Source: Malacoraja senta (lineage: Eukaryota). Taken from it: a stretch of 64,000 nucleotides of DNA. The stretch lies in the NCBI GenBank assembly GCA_038087875.1, contig CM075994.1:5396001-5460000 (forward strand), in the 5' to 3' direction. Under the pieces are notes generated by a model. It was not told the DNA's origin. It searched no databases and saw only the letters and a program-made list of their open reading frames with translations. Both the position numbers and the translations under genes were made by a program. Below, piece by piece: positions 12,169 through 64,000 of the stretch. The first letter of the stretch is position 1; every line of letters starts with the position of its first letter.

Positions 12169-15100
12169 GATAATCTGGACTCGTCCAGTGACTGCTGTGA
12201 AAGGACAGCTAACAACATGGGAAAGTCCATGTGACAGCTTGGAGAGACAGCTGACAGGAGGGAACAGACCCCACTGGGGCCGTCATGGGCTAGCTACCCA
12301 TGACAGCAGTCCCAACGCTGTTTCAGCTAGTTGGAGACACCCGCTAAATGCTACTAAAAGTAAAATAAAGAGAATACCCCTAGAGCCTGCGAGAGCGGGG
12401 GCGGAATATGGCTCACCGATTGATAACACGGTTACAGACAAGGAGAGCATGGCACATGAGACATCCACAACAGCTGCGGGACACAAACTTCAGGTGTGCA
12501 TCTGTGGTTGGGAGAAATTAACATCAGTGAAGGGCTTGAAGATCCACCAAGGGAAGAAAAAGTGCTTGAGAGAGCAGAAACATGGGCTTCGCATTGACCA
12601 GTACTTCCTACGAAGCAACCAGTCAAATCAGTCGAGTGAAGCACAGCGACGGGACACAAACCAAAGTTCGCAGAGCATCAGCACCCATGTCACTGAAGAG
12701 GGTGATACAAGCACAGAAATGCCGGTGGAGGAGCCCACGCAACAACTACAAAAACCTCCATTGGAGGGAAAGATCAAAGGGCACAAACCTGGAGTGAAAT
12801 GGCCCAAGGCTGTTGAAAAGAAAGAGTGGGAGACGGTCAACAGTGACCTTATACATATCTTGGAGCAACAAGCGGGCACAGCAGTGGAAAAGCTTGAAAG
12901 GATGGGCAACACAATCTACAGCTATGGAGAAGAACGGTTTGGGGTGAGTAAAGGGAGAGTTGGAAAGAATTACCAACACCAATCAAGTCCAGGAGGCAGC
13001 AGGAGATCGAGAGGCTAATCAGAGAGAGGAGACAGTTGAAAAAGCAATGGAAAAAAGCAACTGACGCAGAGAGAGAAGGTCTCATGCTACTCCAAGAGGA
13101 CATCAAGAACCGATTGGCAACCTTGCAAAAACCAGAGAACTTGAGGAAACTTCGCAAGAAGAAAGAACACACAAGAACACGGTTCTATAAAAACCATTTC
13201 AAGTTCATCAAAGACCTCTTCGCAAAGGAAAAAAGTGGAACTTTGAAAACATCAAAACAGGAATTGGAGGAACACCTGGAAAAGGCCCACAAAGACACGA
13301 AAAGGCATGAGCAGTTGGTCATCCCACATGACATCCCGCCTATTCAACCACCTGAATTCAACATGGACACCAGCCCTCCGAGATGGAAAGAGGTGGAGAA
13401 CACGGTCCGGCGAGCAAGAGCATCATCAGCTCCGGGGCCAAACGGAGTACCATACAAGCTCTATAAGAACGCACCGGATGTGTTACGCTTTCTATGGAAG
13501 CTCATGAGGGTGGTGTGGAAGAAGCAAACAATACCTAAGGCGTGGCGAAGGGCCGGCGGCGTGCTAATACCTAAAGAAAAAGATTCGTCAGACATCAGCC
13601 AATTCCGGCCAATATGTCTCCTCAACGTCGAGGGAAAAATCTTTTTTAGCATTGTATCAAAAAGGCTGTCCACCTATCTGGTTACAAACAAGTACATTGA
13701 TACATCTGTACAGAAAGCAGGAATTCCATGATTTTCGGGCTGCTTGGAGCATACAAGCATGATCTGGCACCAGTTCCAAGCAGCTAAGAAGGACAAGAGA
13801 GACCTACATGTGATCTTCCTCGATCTGGCCAATGCATTTGGTTCAGTTCCCCATGAACTCCTTTGGGAATCTTTTGCCTTTTTCCATGTACCAGAGCTCA
13901 TCACCACACTGGTCAAGAAATATTACCAAGACCTGCAGCTGTGCTTCACAACAGCTGACTTCAGTACAACATGGCAGCGCTTGGAAGTAGGCATCATGGC
14001 AGGCTGCACAGTCTCGCCCTTGGCCTTTACAATGGCCATGGAAGTCATCATCAGGGCCTCAAAATGGGTGGTGGGCGGTGAACGAACCAGGGTTGGGCTC
14101 CGTCTGCCACCCATCAGGGCATACATGGACGACATGACAACACTAACCACTACTGCAGCATGCACCAAGCGGCTACTTGGAAAGCTGCCGGAGAACATCA
14201 AGTGGGCCCGAATGAAAATCAAACCAAGTAAATCTCGAAGCATCTCCATAGTGAAGGGGGTGCTTAGAGACACAAGGTTCCGTATCGGTGATGACCCAAT
14301 ACCAACAGTTTCTGAGCAGCCTGTTAAAAGCCTGGGAAGATGATATAACGCAAGTCTCAAGGACAAAGAGCAGGTGCAACAACTAAGGCAAGAAATTGTC
14401 AATGGACTGGAGAACATCAATCAGACCCTACTGCCTGGGAAACTGAAGCTCTGGTGCCTACAGTTTGGACTCCTTCCTCGGACAATGTGGCCACTGACCG
14501 TTTATGAAGCCCCAATAACAACTGTGGAGAAGATGGAGCGAACCATAACTTCATACGTGAAGAAATGGCTCGGTGTCCCACGATGTCTAATTAACATCGG
14601 CCTCTATGGCAAAGGGGTCCTGGAACTACCTCTCACTAGTCTAACAGAGGAATATAAGTGTTCTAAACTAAGACTCCAGATGACACTGAGGGACTCTAGA
14701 GACAAGATCATCGGTGCTGTTGCGCCGCCCCTAGCAACTGGCCGGAAGTGGACACCATCTGATGCAGTACAGCAAGCTTCATCAGCCCTGAGGCACAAAG
14801 ACATAGTGGGGCAAGTCCAGCAGGGAAGAGGAGGCTTTGGTCTTTTCGACAAGTAAACCAACTTGGCGAAAGGCCACAACTTCAGAGCGGAGGACGTTGG
14901 TGGTTGTGGAGGTGCGGCTACAGGAGGAGGCCGCAAGAAGTGCAAAGGTGGTCTCTCTTGCCAAGNNNNNNNNNNNNNNNNNNNNNNNNNNNNNNNNNNN
15001 NNNNNNNNNNNNNNNNNNNNNNNNNNNNNNNNNNNNNNNNNNNNNNNNNNNNNNNNNNNNNNNNNNNNNNNNNNNNNNNNNNNNNNNNNNNNNNNNNNNN

Positions 15101-16035
15101 NNNNNNNNNNNNNNNNNNNNNNNNNNNNNNNNNNNNNNNNNNNNNNNNNNNNNNNNNNNNNNNNNAAAAAAGCCTGGCATCAGCCCTCGAGAACAGGCGG
15201 TGTGCGACCAACTCCTTGCCTCCGAGAGCAAGCAACCCTCCCCTAAGGGTAATAACCTTTGTCCGAGAAGGACAGAAAACTTCTAAATTTCCTTCCACAT
15301 ATCAGGAAGAAGGAAGCCAATGCAGGGCCCGTGACTGGAGGATGCTGGCGGACATCGGCCGAACAACTAATTTTTCCACCTGAAATTGCTTCCACCACCC
15401 TCAGGCCAGACTTGGTGTTTTGGTCCCCTTCACAGAAGACGCTTACATCATGGAGCTCACAGTTCCATGGGAGAACTCTGTTGAGGAGGCCTATGAGCGT
15501 AAGAAGCTGCGCTACGCAGAGCTTGCAGCAGAGGCAACGCAGCGTGGCTGGAACACCAATGTCTATCCAGTTGAAGTGGGATGCAGAGGATTTGTTGCGG
15601 CATCTACCATCAGACTGCTGAAGGAGCTTGGAATCCACGGTCAGCCTCTGCGGAAGACCATAAGATCACTCTCAGAGGCGGCTGAAAGAAGCAGCCGGTG
15701 GATTTGGCTCAAGCGGAAAGACCCATTCGGGGCCCCAAGTATGTCGGGGTGAATCTTTGGGACGGTTTGACACGGGACATGCGCTGAGGGTTGATCATCC
15801 TGCAGCGGGCCGCCCTTGTGGAGGGTGATATTGTTAAAAGGCCGAAACACCCATTGATGCAAGGGTACACTACTGATGATGTGTCCTGTGCCCAACTGTG
15901 CTGAAGGTTACCCCCCCCACCCCCCCCCCGATGTTGAGCGTCTACCACTCTCAACAATCAACGAATGTCGTGAAATGCTCCCCACCTATTGGCACAAGGG
16001 AACTTCTTAACATCTTGTCCTGTGTATTTGATTCT
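12169..16035 (+). mobile_element. near full-length, defective Hero-clade non-LTR retrotransposon (zinc finger, RT, RLE)
   Basis: N-terminal CICG...H...C finger; RT motifs LDLANAFGSVPH, GIMAGC, YMDD; RLE after the gap; TGA stops at 13729-31 and 14341-43 plus frameshifts. Confidence 0.92.
14966..15165. other. assembly gap (200 N)
   Basis: Run of N. Confidence 1.
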
Positions 16036-18984
16036 CAGGTTTAATTTAAAATGTCACTTACGCGAAAGAGATGCAACCCCCTCCCCCCACCACCACCACC
16101 CACCCCCCCATCTTTGCACAGCTCCAATCCTGGACTTCCACCCGCCACGTTTCATTCATGTTTCATGTATCTTATGTTTTGTGACTGTTAGCCCTTGGCA
16201 GCCCAATTTCCCTACTGGGATAAATAAAATTCAATTGCTTCGCATAATGTATTCGACCATCCAAGGAACATGCCAGTCTCCCGTTCCTCCTGCAAATACG
16301 ATGGACGCTTATGGGTCTACCCCTGCTGTAATTTGCTACATTTCTCTAAAGTCATTGAAATGAGTACATAAGGTATATTCATACCAATTATTAAAAAGCA
16401 AGCAAAGCGTGAGTTTATATTTTTTATTAATTCCAAAACAGCCGAATAACATATGAACTGAAATATTAGTTGTGTGAATAAGTAAACATATATAAATCAG
16501 AAAATGAATACAATGGCGCAGATCATGAAATTGGAACGCAAATTCGCTGTCTGGAATTCGTCATGACAAATTGTACTATGTGAGATTTAAAGTGTAAATT
16601 TGACGTTGTGTTATCGTGCAGCTCAACAGAGAATCGAGTACGTTAACTAAACATGTATATGATGTGATCCATTCCTCACTGAGTAATTCATCAGAACAGT
16701 TTATTACGGGAACAACATTTGCAAAATATATAGTTTATCATCATTCACGTTATCCTGAAATATATTGATGTTATTTTACTCCCATTGTTTAATCACATTC
16801 CCATTGCGGCCTAATCTCCAAAAATAACGAGACTGGTTTGATGGCGGTTTATGTTCAGTTAAGTCTATATCGTCCGATTTTTACGAAATTGTGTTAAAGC
16901 ACTCGTACGAACTGGATTCCTCTTTTGAGTAAAGCTTATCTTAGAGGTTCATTGGAAGGAGAGGTAATGTTCCGAATCTAACAGTTTTAAAGACATATCA
17001 AGAAATTGAACAGAAATCTAAGATGTACAGAATCTGTCTAATTCTAAGGTATTGATATAAGCAATCTAAATACAGGCATTCAGTTGTGATACTGAACGTG
17101 TGAATGGACAGTGAAAAGACCGGAATGCTCCGCACGATAGGCAGCATTTCCGTACAGAAATGTTGGTGTGTATTTCAATGTATAGAGCAGTTGAGAAACC
17201 GTCAACAAATAACCGCATTAAATCAATCTCCTACAGGACGTGCTTTGCAATCCCATCCCGCCGCTTCATTTGGAAGTTATCCTGTAATTTTGAAATATGT
17301 TTTCTCGTTTTTGCCTATTTTCACAAAGATGTAATTATAATTTTGTTTTCATATTCTCTTATGCACCATCCAGAGAAAGTGAACAATTCAAAGGAAACCG
17401 CCATAAGCCCTCGTTGGGAACATTTCAAACACACCTTACATTTCCAAAGTACACATCTCGTCATGCAACGGAACAATTTGAGTAGTGTGTAGTTAATAAA
17501 TGCACCCTCTTTGTGGTCACATTCTGATTCAAATAACAAAGTACAAAGACGACGAAGGCTTAGTATTTCGATATCGTGGGCAACGTGCTGCTCAATACTT
17601 ATTCCACTCTAGGTTGGAAGATTCCTCAATTTTCAGTTAAAATAAAAGAGAAACCAATTTCTCAATATCGGGATCTAACCTCTTCAAAATCTAAGTTGTT
17701 TTTGTTATCACTTACAATGTGACCTGCCACTGAACACATTGAACATGTTTCCTGGTAAAAGGGAGATTTCTGTTACATCGTTCTGCACGTCGTCCAACCA
17801 CTTAGAAAATGATGAACAAATCAACAGATTTTACAGCTTGTTTCAATAATGCAAAGCATGTTTTACACCTTAGTGAGAAAGCTGTATAATAAAAGAATGT
17901 TACGAGCACGTATAAAATATAACACACTATGCAGTTGAAGTAAACGATGTTTTCTCTGCAGCACCGATACTGTGGTAGCGTGAACGACAACGGGATTAGA
18001 TGAGATCTGCAAATAAAAATAAGTAACGTTAGGCACAACGTAACTGTGAATATTAATAATTAATCTTTAAAAACATAATCATTTGAAAATAGTGCGAAAC
18101 TGCAGAATTTGTATTTGATTTTCTACTCCTTTGAACTAAATCATTCCGAACCAGCCTGTAGCTAAGATTCTTCATCCATGTTGTTTGTTTGGCCAATCAT
18201 AATCGACCCCGGAAGGCGTCACGGTTTTTGACACTCAACACTCAAAATGGTGGCAGCAAGGCTACGCGTTAAATAGGCCTCGAAATGCTGTGAACGCTCA
18301 GATATAGTGGAGCATATTAAATTGTCCACGAAAGGTCTTCTGTGCTAATTAGGGCCCAATATGACAAATTACTAAGCGTTTCACGAATGGTTTATTCTCG
18401 ATCGACAAAACATAGCTATAAGCTAGACGATTGGTAATTTAAATTCGCTGCGCAAAGGCAACACGTTAAGTACGGGACAATGCATCTCTTGAATTCTCTA
18501 CCCACGGCGTTGCGGAATCTACTTTGTCGTGCGTAGATATAAAACGAGGTTATATACATTTTTGAAAGATGGTGGGGTTGAGAGCTGTGGGGAACTGACG
18601 CAGAGAACTAGATGACGTGCAAATCAGCATGCTGACCCGAGTTCACAAGTTATAGAAGTATAATTAGGCCTATCGGCTCAGCAAATCTTCTCTGTCATTC
18701 ATTCATGGCTGAACTCCAGCTCCTAATCCCACTTTCCTGCCTTCTCCCCATGACCCTAGACAGACGTTGGGATCGGAGGTCGGAAGCCTTGATGGGTCGA
18801 AGGACCTCTTGGTGCACTTGCTTCTTTTTGCTTCGAATTTCGCCTTTAAGCACAGCTTTCTGGGGGGACCTTGCTATGCTTCATTTAAAGCATTTAATTT
18901 ATTTTCCAAACTTTGCCTTCGAAATTCTTACGGAAGATGGCAATTCAGTTGTTTCTCATTTGAGTCCGAATGTGAATTAACTGT

Positions 18985-19740
18985 TTTGCAGAACGATGCC
19001 AATCTGACAAAGGTATTGAAGCGTGCCATGGTCATCAATCTCATGATAAATCCTCAAAATGCACATTCAGAGTGAATGAGGTAAAATACTTAGGCCATAT
19101 ATATATACCAAAGACGGCCTAAAACATATCCAGCGAAAACTAGTGCTATCAACGAGCTTCCCGCTTCCACATACGTGCTCAATCTGCAGAGATTCCTTGG
19201 CATGGCTAATTATTTGAGCGAATTAATTCCGGATTTCAGCGCAATATCAGCCCCATTGCGCCAACGTATACACAAAGACTCAGCTTGGACTTGGTACGAG
19301 CAACAACTGACAGCATTCGGCACACTTATGCTGCAGATGTCTGGTGCTCCTGCCCTGGCTTACTTTGATCGGAAACAATCGATTACGCTTACGTGTGACG
19401 CCTCACAACACGGGTTGGGAGCAGCATGCCTTCAGAATCATGGCAACGGCAACTGCTGCTGACAATTCCCTACGGTCGCTTACCTCCGTCAAAGCGCGGC
19501 TGGCCAGACAAGCACTACAACATTCCGCTGCCAGTCCGGCCTTTCTTTGCTATACGTGATGAGCTAGTGCTGCAAGATGACATACTTTAAAATGACACAA
19601 GGCTGTGGTTCCTGCTTCGATGTACAACCAGTTCTTCATGCAGGGCACCCGGGCGCTGAAGCTACTGTCTTACGGGCAAGAAGAATGTTTTACTGGCCTG
19701 GCATGGCCGAATACATCACCAAGAATGTGACGTGCAAGTG
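18985..19740 (+). mobile_element. degenerate Gypsy pol fragment (RT-RNase H-integrase remnants)
   Basis: LQRFLGMANYL, LTCDASQHGLGA and HAGHPG...YWPGM are similar to the 22440-25496 pol. Confidence 0.85.
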
Positions 19741-20478
19741 TGAAGTCATATTTGCTGTACGGTTCATAAAGTCTTCTGACCTTTATCTTGGTGTAAGGCT
19801 CCAGTAATTTATAACAGCCGAAACACAACAATAATAAAGTAAAGTTTTGCATATTACAAGACCTTATTTATATCAGAGTTTAAACAAACAATTTGACAAG
19901 TAATCATCAGTGTTACGGTGTCTGAATTGTGTGTGGAATATAAGTCATCCTTTTCGTGCTGTAATATTTGCTGTAATATGAGCTACGTCTCTGTTGCAGA
20001 TTCGGTCTTCGTCGTACATTGCAACATTCTTCATTTATTCCAGAATGTAAAACATATAATCGAAATTAAACTGGATTTCACTCTATCTTATGCATCTTTG
20101 CATTTGCCTTTGCTTCCTTTATTCCTGCAATTATTCTTAATGATCCTCGTTCATCCTTCCCTATTTCCCATACCGTCCACGTATATCTGTTATTAAAGAG
20201 ATGCATTTCGGTATCACTGAAATTATTCTCCCGCAGAAACAAAATCCACGAAGAGTTCTGTTGATTATTGATGCGCGCATCGAGGTGTGAAGTTGTTGAT
20301 TTCTTGCTATCTTATCGAACATAATAGTATACATGAATACAATCAGGTCGTCCGCAGAGTATAAGTAAAGGGGAAAGGTTGCAGCATTTAGTGCACGATA
20401 TACCATTGAGCTCCGCTCAAGTCAGATTAAGAATGGTTCAAAGATCTCCGATGAGGTAGATGGGCTGAGGACCACACT

Positions 20479-63788
<43,310 letters not shown>

Positions 63789-63929
63789 CTGTGAAATTAA
63801 AATGTGGACAGTTATATGAAGGCTATTTGCACCAAATCCGAAAGTGCATGCAGAGGGTAATGAGGATTTGGACGACTCTACCTGAAAAATTGGTGAACAA
63901 TTGAATATTAATGTATTGAACGAGAATAC

Positions 63930-64000
63930 AGGGCGCAGCGGTAGAGCGGTAGAGCTGCTGCCTTACAGCGCTTGCCGTGCTAGAGACCAGGGTTCCATCG
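63930..64000 (+). mobile_element. SINE head, truncated by the window end
   Basis: ggcgcagcggtagag...gccttacagcg. Confidence 0.7.

Overview
Eukaryotic genomic DNA, most likely a cartilaginous fish such as a skate or ray (inferred from HE1-like SINEs, CR1 tails and Penelope elements), with two 200-N gaps. Most of the window is transposable elements: Rex1, CR1, L1/Tx1 and Hero non-LTR elements, Penelope-like elements with minimal hammerhead motifs, a DIRS remnant, three Gypsy copies, two related ERV remnants, Helitron-like elements and SINEs. One Gypsy copy is young, with identical LTRs, an open pol and no gag. The ORF track misses a minus-strand host gene made of at least 14 symmetric phase-1 microexons (ten of 27 nt, three of 36 nt, one of 15 nt). 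They splice into a stop-free, charged, coiled-coil-like peptide resembling butyrophilin/BG-type cytoplasmic tails. Two diverged Hero 3' UTRs share a covarying multi-pseudoknot RNA fold containing hammerhead-like CUGAnGA and GAAAC words.
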